From Lama guanicoe (taxonomy: Eukaryota), in NCBI GenBank assembly GCA_013239625.1, contig MU053472.1, positions 1,567,236-1,631,235 of the forward strand: a stretch of 64,000 nt of DNA. Direction: 5' to 3'. Under the pieces are notes generated by a model. The model was not told the origin of the DNA and made no database searches. It saw nothing but the letters and a program-made list of their open reading frames with translations. Position numbers and translations under genes: made by a program. Shown here one piece after another: positions 12,075-25,904 of the stretch (positions are counted from its first letter, which is position 1; each line of letters begins with the position of its first letter).

Positions 12075-15000
12075 CAGTGTTGTACAGTGTATCCTTGTAG
12101 CTTATTTATTTTATACATAATAGTTTGTACCTCTTCGCCCCATACCCTTGTCTTGCCCCTACCCCCCACCCTCTCCCTGCTGGTAACCACTAGTTTGTTC
12201 TCCATATCTGTGAGTCTGTTTCCTTTTTGTTATCTTCACTAGTTTTATTTTTCAGATGCTACATATAAGTGATATCACACAGTATTTGTCTTTCTCTGCG
12301 TGACTTATTTCACTTAGCGTGATATCCCCTAAGTCCATACATATTGTTGCAAGAGGCAAAATTTCATTCTTTTTAATGGCTGAGTAATATTTTACTGTAT
12401 ATCTGTCTGTCTGTATGTACCACATCTTCTTTATCCATTCATCTGTTGATGGACACTTAGGTTGCTTCTGTTTCTTTATATTGTAAATAATGCTGCTATG
12501 AACATTGGGATTGAATGTATCTCTTAACATTATTGTTTTGTTTTTTGAGGATACATACCCAGAAGTGAAATTGCTGAGTCATGATAGTTCTGTTTTTAGT
12601 TTTTTTGAGAAACTACCATACAGTTTTCTACAGTGGCTGCACCAATTTGCATTCCCAACAACTGTTGTATACCTTTGTACAAGAGTTACCTTTTTTCTGC
12701 ATCCTCACCAACACGTGTTATTTGTGGTCTTTTTGATGATAACCATTCTGAGGTGAGAGGTGATACCTCATTGTGATTTTGATTCGCATTTCCCTGATGA
12801 TTAGCAAATGACTTTGAGCATCATTTCGTGTGCCTGATGGCCACCTGCATCTCCTCTTTGGAAAAATGTCTATTCAGTTCTTATGCCCACTTTTTAATTG
12901 GGTTGTTTTTTTGTTTGTTTGTTTTTTGATGTTGAGTTGTATGAGCTGTTTATATGTTGGATATTAATCCTTTATTGCTCATATCATTTGCAAATATTTT
13001 CTCCCATACAGTAGATTGTCTTTTCATTTTGTCATGGTTTCTTTCCCCTTTGTGTGAAAAGCTTTTATTTTTTTTAATTTTTAAATTTTTTAACATTTTT
13101 TTGATTTATAATCATTTTACAATGTTGTGTCAAATTCCAGTGTAGAGCACAATTTTTCAGTTATACATGAACATATATATATTCATTGTTACATTTTTTT
13201 CTCTGTGAGCTACCATAAGATCTTGTATATATTTCCCTGTGCTATACAGTATAATCTTGTTTATCTATTCTACAATTATGAAATCCCAGTCTATCCCTTT
13301 CCACCCCCAGCCCCCTTGGCACCACAAGTTTGTATTCTATGTGTATGAGTCTATTTCTGTTTTGTATTTAGGCTTTGTTTGTTTTTTTTTTAGATTCCAC
13401 ATATGAGCGATCTCATATGGTGTTTTTCTTTCTCTTTCTGGCTTAATTCACTTAGAATGACATTCTCCAGGAGCATCCAATCCAAGCTGCAAATGGCGTT
13501 ATGTTGTCGGTTTTTATGGCTGAATAGTATTCCATTGTATAAATATACCACATCTTCTTTATCCAGTCATCTGTTGATGGATATTTAGGCTGTTTCCATA
13601 TCTGGGCTATTGTAAATAGTGCTGCTATGAACACTGGGGTGCAGGTGTCATTTTGAAGTAGGGTTCCTTCTGGATGTATGCCCAGGAGTGGGATTCCTGG
13701 GTCATATGGTAAGTCTATTCCTAGCCTTTTGTGGAATCTCCATACTGTTTTCCATAATGGCTGTACTAAACTACATTCCCACCAGCAGTGTAGGAGGGTT
13801 CCCTTTTCTCCACAGCCTCTCCAGCATTTGTCATTTGTGGATTTTTGAATAATGGCCATTCTGACTGGTGTGAGGTGATACCTCATTGTAGTTTTGATTT
13901 GCATTTCTCTGATAATTAGTGATATTGAGCATTTGTTCATATGACTATTGATCATTTGTATGTCTTCCTTGGAGAATTGCCTGTTTAGGTCTTCTGCCCA
14001 TTTTTGGATTGGGTTGTTTGTTTTTTTCTTATTAAGTCGTATCAGCTGCTTATATATTCGGTTTCATTTGCAAAAATGTTCTCCCATTCCATAGGTTGTC
14101 TTTTTGTTTTACTTATGGTTTCCTTTGCTGTGCAGAAGCTTGTAAGTTTCATTAGGTCCCATTTGTTTATTCTTGCTTTTATTTCTATTGCTTGAGTAGA
14201 CTGTTCTAGGAGAATATTTTTGAGATGTATGTCAGATAATGTTTTGCCTATATTTTCTTGTAGGAGGTTTATTGTAGCTTGTCTTATGTTTAAGTCTTTG
14301 ATCTATTTTGAGTTATTTTTGTGTATGGTGTAAGGGAGTGTTCTAGCTTCATTGCTTTGCATGCTGCTGTCCAGTTTTCCCAACACCATTTGCTGAAGAG
14401 ACTGTCTTTATTACATTTAATCCATTGTATATTCTTGCCTCCTTTGTCGAAGATTAGTTGACCAAAAGTTTGTGGATTCATTTCTGGGCTCTCTATTCTG
14501 TTCCATTGGTCTATATGTCTGTTTTTGTACCAGTAGCATGCTGTCTTGATGACTGTACCTCTATAGTATTGTCTGAAGTCTGGGAGAGTTATTCCTCCAG
14601 CCTCTTTCTTTTTCTTCAGTAATGCTTTGGCCACTCTAGGTCTTTGATGGTTCCATATAAATTTTATTATGGTTTGTTCTAGTTCTGTGAAATATGTCCT
14701 GGGTAATTTGATAGGGATTGCATTAAATCTGTAGATTGCCTTGGGCAGTGTGACCATTTTAACAATATTGATTCTTCCAATCCAAGAGCATGGGATATCT
14801 TCCCATTTTTTCAAGTCTTCTTTAATTTCCTTCATTAATGGTTTATAGTTTTCTGTGTATAATTCTTTCACTTCCTTGGTTAGATTTATTCCTAGGTATT
14901 TTATTACTTTGGGTGCTATTTTGTGAAAAGCTTTTAAGTCTAATTAGGCCCTATTTGTTTATTTTTGCTTTTATTTACTTTGCTTATGGAGATAGAGTCA

Positions 15001-15670
15001 AAAAAAATTGCTGTGATTTATGTCAAAGAGTGCTCTCCTGATGTTTTCTTCTAGGGGCTTTATAGTTTCTTGTCTTACATTTAGGACTTTAATCCATTTT
15101 GAACTTATTTTTCTGTATGGTGTGAGTAAATGTTCTAATTTTATTCTTTTATATGTAGCTGTCCAGTATTTACAGTACCACTTATTGAAGAGACTGTCTT
15201 TTCTCCATTACATATTCTTGCCTCCTGTGATTGATTGACCATAAGTGAGTGACTTTATTTCTGGGCTTTCTGTCCTGTTCCATTGATCTATGTGTCTGTT
15301 TTTGTGCCAGTATCATACTGTTTTGATTACGGTACCTTTGTAGTATAGTCTGAAGTTAGGGAGCATGATTCCTCCAGCTCTGTTCTTCTTTCTCAAGATT
15401 GTTTTGGCTTTTTGGGGTCTTTTGTGTTTCCATACAGATTTTAAAATTATTGGTTCTATTTATGTGAAAAATGCCCTTGGCATTGAATCTGTAGATTACT
15501 TTGGGTAATATGGTCATTTGAACAGTATTAAGTCTTCCAATCCATGAACATGGTATATCTTCCCATCTCTTTGTGTTGTCTTCCATTTCTTTCACCAGTG
15601 TCTTACAGTTTTTCAAATACAGGTCTTTTGCCTCCTTTGATAGGTTTGTTCCTAGGTATTTTATTATGTG
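12075..15670 (-). mobile_element. 5'-truncated L1 (ORF2 3' half and 3' UTR), interrupted by a younger L1
   Basis: ORF2p remnants in ORFs 12252..12530 (KQPKCPSTDEWIKKMWY) and 15356..15697 ([16 protein letters not shown]...[11 protein letters not shown]); sequence resumes colinearly after 14936. Confidence 0.9.
13068..14921 (-). mobile_element. Younger 5'-truncated L1 (about 1.85 kb) nested in the older L1
   Basis: 15-bp direct repeat tgtgaaaagctttta at 13053-13067 and 14922-14936; T-rich tail at left; ORF2p fragments of 167 aa (13452..13955) and 193 aa (14290..14871). Confidence 0.93.
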
Positions 15671-16639
15671 GTTACTTCTTACAGGATTTATATGCAAACA
15701 AACATATATTACCTCAAATTTAACGGAATTCAGGATGTTCTTGAGTACAAAATTTGGCTTAAGAATTATTAAGTAACGAGCACATTGAACTGCATAATTC
15801 TTTAACGTTTTAAGTAAAAAATATTGTTTCTCCTTTGATAAGTCACTTATGATGAACTCTGGTATTCCATCTAATCATATAATAATTATGTGTCCTATTA
15901 CTAGGTATTTAGGATTTGGGGTTTTATATTTCTTGTTTTTAAAAATTAGCTTTTTTTTTTTTTTTTTGCAGCAATAGATGAATCTTGCTAGTATGTCATG
16001 GAATGAGTGTCCTTGTTCTTTTTGACTTTGGAGATGTGTAATTGACATGTTTCCCCAAGGCCCTGCAATGTTGTTTGTAATTTAAGTATCACGCCAAAGG
16101 CATGGACAGGGGACTTAAAATTTGGCTTTTCTTTTCCCCTCCTACCAGAAGAAATACTTCTAGGTTTTGTTCAGAGGAGAAGATTTTGTAAAGGAAACTT
16201 TTTCGTATTAATAGAGAGTACATTTTGATCCATTACGCTGTTTGTTGACAGACTTGAGGGCAAAGAGGAAGCTATAGCTTTAACAAGAAGGCTGGCCCTA
16301 GGGGGCTAGGGGTGTAGACTGGATGGAGCACATTCCTTTGGTGGTACTCAGGCTATCCACTTGTTTTGGTTATAATTAGGTATCACTTCTAATAGTTTTA
16401 AAGTTAATTAGTGTCTACCTCTGAGTAGCTTAAAGGTCTTCTGAGTAATTTAAGTTACTTCTTTAAAGTAATTCTTATGCCCAGATTATATTTTGAGAGA
16501 CTTAAATAATCTCCATGGAATTTTCCTTGACTAACAATTGTTTACTATGTAGTACAGCCCCATGAGGACTGTTTTAAGAATTAGGAGGCAGTTTGGAAAA
16601 ATAAGCTCTTTCTTTTGCATTGATTGAGCTCTCACTGTG

Positions 16640-16800
16640 TTCAAAGAGCTTTATACACACACTGTCTCATCTGTATATTGTGAGGGAGAAGTTATCCTGC
16701 TTTACAGGTGGTAAGGTCACACCACTTACAGGAGGTGGAATTGGAATTCGAACCCAGTTCTATCTGACTTCAATTTCAAAGCCCAAATCTAAGCTCTCTC
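16640..16800 (-). mobile_element. MIR SINE remnant
   Basis: tttacaggtggtaaggtcacacc...ggaattcgaacccagttctatctgacttc. Confidence 0.6.
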
Positions 16801-18749
16801 TATTTCATGACTTCCCCTCTGTGATAGCTGAAGATAGGCCCTGCAAGTAGTATGGCAGTTTAATTTCAGTTTTCATTGTAAAAGGTTATGATGTGCCTTC
16901 ATATACTCATCTTTTATAGACTACAGTGACTGTTACCCATTACTCTAACTAAACCCTTCTGAAACTTGTTTATCACTAGTCAGTTATTCAGTAATCATTT
17001 AAGTGTTACCATGTGCTCGACAGTGGGGCTCTTACGCTGGTCAACCTAGAAGGAATTTTGGCTCTTAGGGATCTTTCCAGACCATAAATCGTATTTGCTT
17101 TTGAGTAAGTGCGGGTGGGCAGAAAGTCAGTCCCTGTCCAAAGCATAGCTCAGTTTTTGCTTCAGGTTTTGTGCACAGGGTTCCCTTTTGTTGATTTTAC
17201 ATAACTGTTCCACCAGTGAGCCTCAGATTATGAAAATAAATGTCCTGCTTTAAGATTTAAAAAATTGTCTACTAAGTGCACAAATATGAACGAGGCTTAA
17301 ATGATGTCTAAGAATATAGTTAAGTGGAGTTATCCCAGAAGCAGAACTGTGCAGAAATAGTTTCTCTACTGAGCAGTCTCTGCCACTTTGTGTCTGAGAA
17401 GGCCACAGGGAAACTCGCCCTCTCCTAGCTTTCCCAAGCTGTCAGGCCCCTTCTTTCAACACATCTGATGTAACATAAGGAAGAATGATTATTTGTTATG
17501 TTGACATTCTGGATAAATAGACCCCGTTCCCACCCGTGCCTAACCATGTCACTGCCTCTTTTTGGTAATGTAAATATAGGCTCTTTGATTAAAATCCTTA
17601 ATTTAAAAAAAATCAAATTTATACATGTACATGGACTAAAAATCAAATAGTTTTATGTGAGAAAAACAGCAATTCTGTCCTCCTTTCTGAACTCCCTCCA
17701 TCCTTTTAGTTGTTGTTATCTTAGTATTTATTTCAGTTATTTAAAAATATCTTGCTTACATTCTTGATTTTTTTTTTCCTGCCTGTCTTACGCATAGATT
17801 GACTTGGTGCCATGGACTGTGAGAACTTAAGAAGTGTCATTTATTCAAGGAAAGTCTGGGATAAAATATGTATTTTGAGCAAAATAGACATGGTCTTTGC
17901 TCTAATGTGGCTAGCGGGAGAGATGGATTTGAATAAAAATAAATGAATAGACAACTTAAATTGTAATGTGAAGAAAAAATAAGAGATTGTAATAAGGAAG
18001 TGTCATGGAAGTTAGCCATGGTAAGGTTGGAACAGCAATCAGTAAAGTCAGTCTGAGGTAGAAGTGTTTTCTCTACAGTTGGACATTGATTTAGATTTCT
18101 TAAGCTTTTTCCTTCTTAAAGAATATACAGATAAATATCTTTATGATTGTGTAATTTAGATAGATCAATAAAAGTAGATATACTAAGACTTTTGATATAT
18201 TTGCCAAACTGCATTCTTGTAAAGACATGCCGTTCTACTTGCCCTGTTCATTTATTAATTCATTCCTTCAGCAAAGATTTGATTGCCTTTTATATGCCAG
18301 ACCCAGTTCAAGGTGCTGGGAAAATGACAATGAGCAAAGCAAAACCATTATTCTTGTGGAATATCCATTCTGGGTAGGTGGTTTGGAGGGTGGGCAAGAT
18401 GATCATAAACATGTACCATGCTAGATGGTAAGTGTTATGGCGAGATGGGTGATGTTGTGGGCTGCTATATTACATAGGGTGGTTTGGGAGAGCCTCTCTC
18501 AAAGGCCCTTCGAGCAGAAGTGTGGAGGAGTTATCCTTCTTGGTATTTGAGGGAGGAGCATTCAGAGCCAGTACTCAGTGATAGGATTATGTTTCCTATA
18601 TTTAAGAACAGCAAGGAGGCAGTTGGTGGAGCTGCATGGGCAGGTGAAGAATGCTAGACAGTGGCTGAGGGGTGGTGGTGGGCTAGAGCTTTGTAAGGTA
18701 AAGCTTACAAAATGAGCTTTGTACCGTTGTAAGGACTTCAAAAACCTTG

Positions 18750-19810
18750 AATATAGAGCAGAGTTGAAACAGTTTTACAGGGAAAACACATATACCCACC
18801 ACCTAGACTGTACGGTGAAAATTTTACTGTACTTGCTTTATTTCATTTCCACCTGTAAATGTTACTTGATGCATTTCACAGTGAATTGCAAACGTTAGCG
18901 TGCTTTCCCCTGACTACTTTTGCATGCATATCATTAACTAGAGTTCAATATATGACTTGGTTTTAATTTAAAATTTACACATAATACAGAAATCTTACTA
19001 TGTAAATTTCCTGAGCTTTGACAAATGAGTGGTAACCCAAATCTCTGTCAAGAGAGAGAACATGATTATCACTCAAGAAATTTCCCTCATGCCTGTTCCT
19101 GGTTAATTTTTCCTCCACCCCATCCATGAAAAAAAAATCAGTTTTCATTTTTTTCCACCGCGGTTTTGCCTGTTTTAGAACTTTGGATACTATTGCATAG
19201 GATTCACTCTTTGTGTAAGTCTCCTTTCACTCCACATAATGTTGGTGAGATTCACTCATGTTGATTGTTCCTTTATTGTTGAATAGTATTCCAGTGTATG
19301 AATTTACCATAGTTTATCCCTTCTAATAACGATGGCTGGCTGGCTGTTTATAGCTCTTCCCTCTTACGAATAAAGCTGCTGGGAAGATTCTTCTGTAAGT
19401 CTTTTTGGAAACGTGTGTATTTATTTCTCTTAGGTAAATATCTGAAAGTGGATTTGCTGCTTCACAGGGTAGGAATGTGTTTAATTTTATAACAAACTTC
19501 CTTTTTCCCAAAGTAGTTGTACTATTTTACATTTCCCCTAACCACGTATGAGTTGTTCTACATCCTTGCCAACATTTGATGTTATTCCTTTTTTTTTTTT
19601 AAGTAGTGGAGGTACTGGGGATTGAACCCAGGACCTCATGCATGCTAAGCATGTGCTCTACCACTGAGCTATTACTCCCACCCCCATCTTTTTAATTTTA
19701 GCCATTCTGATGGGTGATACCTCGTGGTTTTCATTAGCATGTCCCTGATGACTAATAACATGAAACATTTTTTCATGTATTTGTTGGCCATTTGCATATC
19801 TTTTAGGGAT
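18750..19810 (-). mobile_element. Old L1 3' fragments containing a SINE
   Basis: gaataaagctgctgggaagattc...taggtaaatatctgaaagtggatttgctg; ORF 19323..19511 is a decayed ORF2p C-terminus. Confidence 0.7.
19589..19685 (-). mobile_element. Vic-1-like tRNA-derived SINE (short form)
   Basis: ggaggtactggggattgaacccaggacctcatgcatgctaagcatgtgctctaccactgagct. Confidence 0.88.
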
Positions 19811-21008
19811 TATCTATACAATTTTTTTTTTTTGCCCTTTAAAGAAAAAGTGAGTTGTAGAACCTGTTGGAGGACTTTGAACAGAGGTGGACAGCGATGC
19901 CTCTTATAAAAATTGGAAAGGTATGCTAAGGAGCAGATTTGGGTGGAAAGAGTGAGTCTGTGGAGCATAGATTGGTGCTGGTTCACAAGCTGTTGGTAGT
20001 CAGTGAAATGTTTGTTACTGTTAGATGCCAGCTGTACATTATCCAAACATGTGTTTGTCATTTACAGAAGTATCTGTGATAGAATGAAAATTAAAAAAAA
20101 AAAATAAATTAAGTGGCTGGACCTTCCTAAGATGGTTTGACAAGCACTATCAACAGGGCCTTCTCCAGTTGGAGGAGGAGTTGTTCATGGCAATGAGTGT
20201 GTTTTAGACATTACGTAGTCCTGTATTATTTCATTTAACACGATTAATATCTATGATTATTAACATTCATTTTAGTGTTTGTATGTTCCCCTGGATATGG
20301 AATGAGATATAGAAGTTTCAGGGAGGAGATTTGAATTCCAGGATGAAAATTTGGATTTATTAACATTTCAGCCAAACAAAAGGATCTTCGTGTAGCAGAG
20401 ATACAATCCAAAACCCGTATTTAATAAAGACTGGTCTTGCAACGACTGTGGAATGAACAGAGAATATGGAGAAAAGAAAAGAAAGGGGGGTGAGCTCGTT
20501 ATGAGTCAGTTTCACATGAGGTGTTGAGAGCCTGGCCTAAGCTTGTGTTGATAACTGATTAAGAAGAGAAGAAAGAGTCAAGGATGTTTCAAAGGTCTTG
20601 AGTTGGTGCTGGTGCTGCCTGGTGTGTAAGATGGCACAGTTTAAGAAGGCATAGAATTTGACTATTAAGACTTAGACTTACATTATGTTAAAAATTTTAT
20701 GAGGCAAAACTGTGTTTCATAGTTTAAATAATAAAATGTTCTCATCAAAAATTTTTCAATGGGCAGGAAACCCAGGATAGTACCTTTGTAAAAAGTCTTG
20801 ATATTTATTTTCCAGTGCTTTTTTGATATCTGTTTAAATGGCTGCATATATTTCTCATCCTCTTTTGAAATGTTCAATATCTCAAAAAAATCTTGAAAAT
20901 GTATTCATTACAGCCCCTTGAAGATGAGAGTTGCATTGTATGAAACTATATTTTAGGTTTACGACTTGAAGTATTTTCTTAGAACGTTGAGAATATTGCA
21001 GTGAAGTA

Positions 21009-21024
21009 ACACTAGGTGTCGCTA
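21009..21024 (+). promoter_or_regulatory. Candidate CTCF core motif
   Basis: ACACTAGGTGTCGCTA versus consensus CCACYAGRKGGCRSY; motif match only. Confidence 0.4.
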
Positions 21025-21744
21025 GCACATTGAGCTAAGAAAAGTACAGCTGTTCCCCTTGAAAGGAAACATTTGCCCTAAAGCTTTTAGTGTAACTTTA
21101 ACACTGAAAACTTTAGCGAAAACATACAAGGACATATTTGAGGTAAATACCAATTAGTCTATTATTTATTAGAAGTTGGGTGCCAACAGACCTTGCCATG
21201 TCAAGATTGCTAGCCAGGAAACAATTCTTGTGGGTTTTATTTGGGAAGACTATAAAGTCAGTGATTTGGGTAACTGGCCAATAGAGAAGAAAGTTGGACC
21301 CAATCAAAAAATTGCCTTTATTGAGAAGAGGGCCTTATTTAGTTTGGTCCAGTCTCTTATTACTGGAAAGAGAAGTAACAGATGGCTCTTTAGTCATCTG
21401 CAGTGGAAGAGCATTGGGTGTCACGGAGTGAATAAATCAGAGATGAGGAATGACGTTGAAATAACTTCTGGAATCAACCCATGTTAATATGGGAAAATAT
21501 TTTCCTCTCGAGTATGTTTCTTAAGGTGTCACCTTAGAGAATTCTTGTGTCTAAAGTTTATACATTTCCTATATTTTAATAGTGGCTTTTTGTGACTTTT
21601 GTTGATCTGATAAGTGAGTTTGAAATTTATTATTTGGGATCTTTATTGTTTGAAATATTTTTGATGTTTTTCTACTCTAAAACAGAAGATATTCTTTGGA
21701 CCTAGGATGACTTACAAGTTTGTGGAAGGCAGTCTTTCTTTTGT

Positions 21745-23160
21745 TATAAATTTTGTTGAATATATTAAATATGGTAAAGTGTACAGATTTAAGTATACAG
21801 ACTGAACTTTTGTATACGTGTATGACCTGGACACCACCCAGGTTAAGATAGAGAACATATTTCCAGCAACTCAGAAGAGTCGCTCATGCTGCTTTGCTGT
21901 CAGTACTGCCCTCATAACTCCAAGTGGCCACTGTTCTGACTTCCATCACCAGAACCTAGGTTTTTTCATTCTTTAACTTCATTAAAAAAAAATACATATA
22001 TATAGATATCTATGTGTCATCATAGATAATCCAACCTATTTTGTATCTGGCTTCTTTTAACAATGTGACTATGAGATTTTTTCACGTTATTGTGGGCGTC
22101 AGTAATTTGTTCTTCTTTTTGGTGTATTGTATTTTGTCATGAATACAACACATTTTTAAAAAGTCCATTATACAACTGATAGACGTTTTTGTTGTTTCCA
22201 GTTTTTGAGTATTATAAATAAAGCTGTTCTGAACATTTTTGTATGTTTCTTGGCGGATATATGCTGCACCCATTTCCCTTGAGTATAGACCTAGGAGTGG
22301 GTTTGCTGTGTCATCGTGTAGCTGTATGTTGAACTTTAGTAGATACTGCGAACCAGTTTTCCAAAGTGGTTTCCCCAACCTGTACTGTCACCAGTAAATG
22401 TGTGAAAGTTTGATTGGCTCCGTGTTCTCATTAGCTCTTGGTATTGTCAGTCTTACTAATTTTAATCATTCTTGTGTATATGTGTTGGGATCTCATTGTT
22501 GAGTTTTAGAGGTGCTTTTATTTTGTAATAATTTCAAACTAGTGCAAGGAACTCCTGTTAACCCATTATCCAGATTAACCAATTAAGGACATTTTGCCCC
22601 ATTTACTTTATCATTTTCTCAGTTTTTTTATTTGTAAAGATTCTTTTCTGAACCATTTATAAGTAGGAGAAGTCATGCTCCTCTTTTCCATTAATAATTT
22701 AGTGTATATTTCCTGACAATAAGCACGTTATTTTTTACAACCATAGTGCCATTATCAAAACCAGAATATTTACATTTGATACAATACTATTTTGTAATCC
22801 ACGGTTCATTTTCTGATTCCATCATTTGTCCTAATGGTCTTCTTTATAGGTTTTCTTACATTTTTACTTTCTTAATGTTATCTTTGATGAAAGAAACCCA
22901 GATCACATTTTAAGTGGTTTATTTTATTGTTGGTGCCTTTTGTATTCTTGTTTACTCTAAGGCCTTGTAAATATTATCCTGTGTTTTCTTTTAGAAGGTT
23001 GTTATTACCTTTAGGCTTATAATCCTTTTGAAATTTCTTATGTATGGTTTGATGTAGGGCCAAAGCTCTTTTGAATGAAAAAAATTAAAAAAAAAAGATG
23101 CTAAGTGATTCAGCACCATTTCCTGAAAGAATCATTCTTTCCCCACCATATAATTTTTGC
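21745..23160 (-). mobile_element. Old L1 (L1MC/ME-like) fragments
   Basis: ORF 22082..22378 gives a decayed ORF2p tail (PLWKTGSQYLLKFNIQLHDDTANPLLGLY); composite of more than one piece. Confidence 0.7.
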
Positions 23161-23699
23161 CATCGCTGCGTTTTTTTGCTTTTTTTTTTTCCTTGGTCTA
23201 TTTTTGAATTGATTTTTAAAACCTTTTAATTTTGAAATAATTACAGACTCATGGGAGGTTACAGAATATTATTTAGAGTCCTGGGTACACTTCTCTTGGC
23301 TTCCTCCAGAAGTGACATCTTACATAAACTGTAGTACAATATCAAAACCAGGACATTGACATTGATTTTTAAAAAAATTTTCCTGTTTGTCTTTTCCAGT
23401 TTTATTTAGATATAATTGATCTAGTGACACCTTAATTTATGCTCGTTTGGCCTGTTTTGAACTTTCTCTGGATGGATTCACAGGCTGTGAACCCAATCAG
23501 ATTTTCCTCTGCAGATACAATGATCAGTCTTGAAGCACAGTCCCTTTTCTTTTTAATTGACTGTATATGAATATTCTTTAGCTCTGGCCTGGGGATTATT
23601 TGCAGCTACACAGAGTGTGCATCGTTCACATTGGCTTTTTTATCTTCTTTCTTTAGGTGTACGTTTCTGGTTTAGAGAGTTGGTCAGCTTATATATGGT

Positions 23700-23885
23700 T
23701 GTGACTCATTCTTGCCATTACTGGCATTTTGGACCAGAAGGTTCTTCGTTATGAGGGCCAGTCCACTGTAGGATATGTAGCCTCAGCTATGGCCTCCATC
23801 TGCTAGGTGCCCAGAGCAACTCCCTTACTTGTGACAATTAAAAATGTCTCCAGACATTGCCAAACACCCTCTGGTTGAGAACCAC
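23700..23885 (-). mobile_element. MER20 (hAT-Charlie MITE)
   Basis: ttgtgacaattaaaaatgtctccagacattgccaaa...ctggttgagaaccac. Confidence 0.8.
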
Positions 23886-24315
23886 AACTCCAGAGAAAAT
23901 ACTGGTTGAAACTGCTGGCTTAAATACATATAATTTGATGGGAAAAGTTGTTGTGTGTAGTTAAGAATACTGAGGATTCTCTTTCTCCCTCTCTCCCTCT
24001 CTCTCTTTCTCTCCCTCTCTTTTTCTCTCTATTATATATCTATACATCTATATATAATATAGACACATACATATAAGGGATTTTATATATATACAAACAC
24101 TCATACATACACACACCTTAGTAAGAATTGTAAGAACTGAAATTATCTTTTTAAAGATATTGAAATAAAATTATTAAAGTGCTATCCATTATTGTTTCCT
24201 GTTCTTTGCCTTAATATTCATTCAAGTTGGTAAAGTTGTCAATAATCAGTTTTTTCATCTTTTTTCCTGATGGGAAGAAAGAGATAATAGGAAATTTTAG
24301 TTTTCAGGGGACTTT

Positions 24316-24466
24316 TTTTTTTTTGACTTTTTTTATTTTTTACTTTTTTAGTGGAGGGAGGTAATTAGATTTATTTATTTTTTTTTAGAGGAGGCACTGG
24401 GGATTGAACCCAGGACCTCGTGCATGCTAAGCATACACTCTGCTGCTTGAGCTATACCATCTCCCC
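24316..24466 (-). mobile_element. Vic-1-like SINE (long form) with TSD
   Basis: 13-bp TSD ttcaggggacttt at 24303-24315 and 24467-24479; A/B-box head. Confidence 0.9.
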
Positions 24467-24580
24467 TTCAGGGGACTTTAAAAGGAAATTGAACTAGTAT
24501 TTGTATTTGCAAAATTTTGTTCATATTCAATTTAAGGTTTGAAGTTTGGACATAGGACCATGAGAATGAAAGGGAGAATT

Positions 24581-24739
24581 TCTTTTTTTTTTTAAACTTC
24601 TTTTTAAAAAGAATTTTTTTGGTGGGGAGAAGGGTAATTAGGTTTTTTTTTTTATTATTTAAATGGAGGTACTGGGGATTGAATCCAGGACCTCCTGCAT
24701 GCTAAGCACACACTCTACCACAGAGCTATACCCTCTCCC
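24581..24739 (-). mobile_element. Vic-1-like SINE (long form)
   Basis: ggaggtactggggattgaatccaggacctcctgcatgctaagcacacactctaccacagagctataccctctccc; agaattt on both flanks. Confidence 0.88.
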
Positions 24740-25142
24740 AAGAATTTTTTTTTTAAGAATTTCTGATTTCCTAGTTTTTGATTCATTTTGTCTATGAGTT
24801 TTAATATTTTCTGGGAATCTTGATTTTACATTAGTAGTTGGGAGAATTTTTTGTAAACCTCTCTAGAACTATGATCATGTCTTAATGGTCTTTGAACATG
24901 TGTTGTCAGGTACATTGGCAGTTCGTTGTATGTATGTGTGTGTATTTACATATGTATTTATGTGTATGTATGTTTAATAAATGTGTTTCAGGATTTCAAT
25001 CTTTTGTTGGATATTTTCATCCAAGTGTGCTAGAGACTCAATTTCAGAAAGATCCAAGCTAAGTTTCATAATCTTTTGCTGTTTGCTCTTATTCCGTTCT
25101 ATTCACAATCTGTCCGTTCTTCCTAAAATCTCTCTCTCTCCC

Positions 25143-25240
25143 TTTTTTTTTTTTTTTGGTTATTAGAGGTACTGGGATTGAACCCAGGACTTTATGCATG
25201 CTAAGCACACACTCTACCACTGAGCTATATACCCCACCCC
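25143..25240 (-). mobile_element. Vic-1-like SINE (short form)
   Basis: gaggtactgggattgaacccaggactttatgcatgctaagcacacactctaccactgagctata preceded by poly-T. Confidence 0.88.
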
Positions 25241-25416
25241 TCTAAAATCCCATTTTTATTAATTAACAGAATCATCATTTTCCCATTCAGCCACACTGAA
25301 ACTTTAGGGTTTGTGCCACATAATAGGAGATAGAAATGTAACTGAGGCCTGAGCCCTGCCTTGAGGAGATCGTATTTTATTTATGCAAAATGTTACTACA
25401 TAATTGCAGTCTATGT

Positions 25417-25618
25417 TAGTGCTTCTCAAATGGGAAGCGTTTTGCCCCCAAGGAAATGTTTGTCTATGTTTGGAGACATTTTTTATTGTCACCATTAGGA
25501 GTTGTTACTGGCATCTAGTGGGTAAAAGCCAGAGATGCTGCTAAACATCCTACAATTTACAACCTCTGACAGCAAAGAATTGTTCAGTCCAAAACATCTG
25601 TAGTGTTGAGAAACTCTG
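25417..25618 (+). mobile_element. MER20 (hAT-Charlie MITE), near full length
   Basis: tagtgcttctcaa...tggagacatttt...actggcatctagtgggtaaaagccagagatgctgctaaacatcctacaat...gttgagaaactctg. Confidence 0.85.
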
Positions 25619-25904
25619 GCCCATGAGATGAGTGTTTCTGTGGAGGTTCTGAATAGAGAGCTGAGTAGTGATGGGATGCCTGGGGGAGTTTTGACACTTG
25701 TGCTGCAGAGTGGAGTTTCATAATATTAATATAAATAGTAACGACTTTTTTTAATGATCAGAATATGCCACTCATTATTTTTAGCATATTGCCTATTATT
25801 GTCATATTGTCCTGTCAGTTTTACTAGTTAGTGCTTTCCCATTTTACAGATGAAAAAAATTGAATCTCATATTTAACCAGCTCAGCTTCTTTGATAAGTG
25901 CCTG

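Noticed and set aside
13452..14871. 167-aa and 193-aa ORFs as host genes or an active L1
   Set aside because: ORF2p fragments of a 5'-truncated, disrupted L1 lacking the endonuclease and most of the RT
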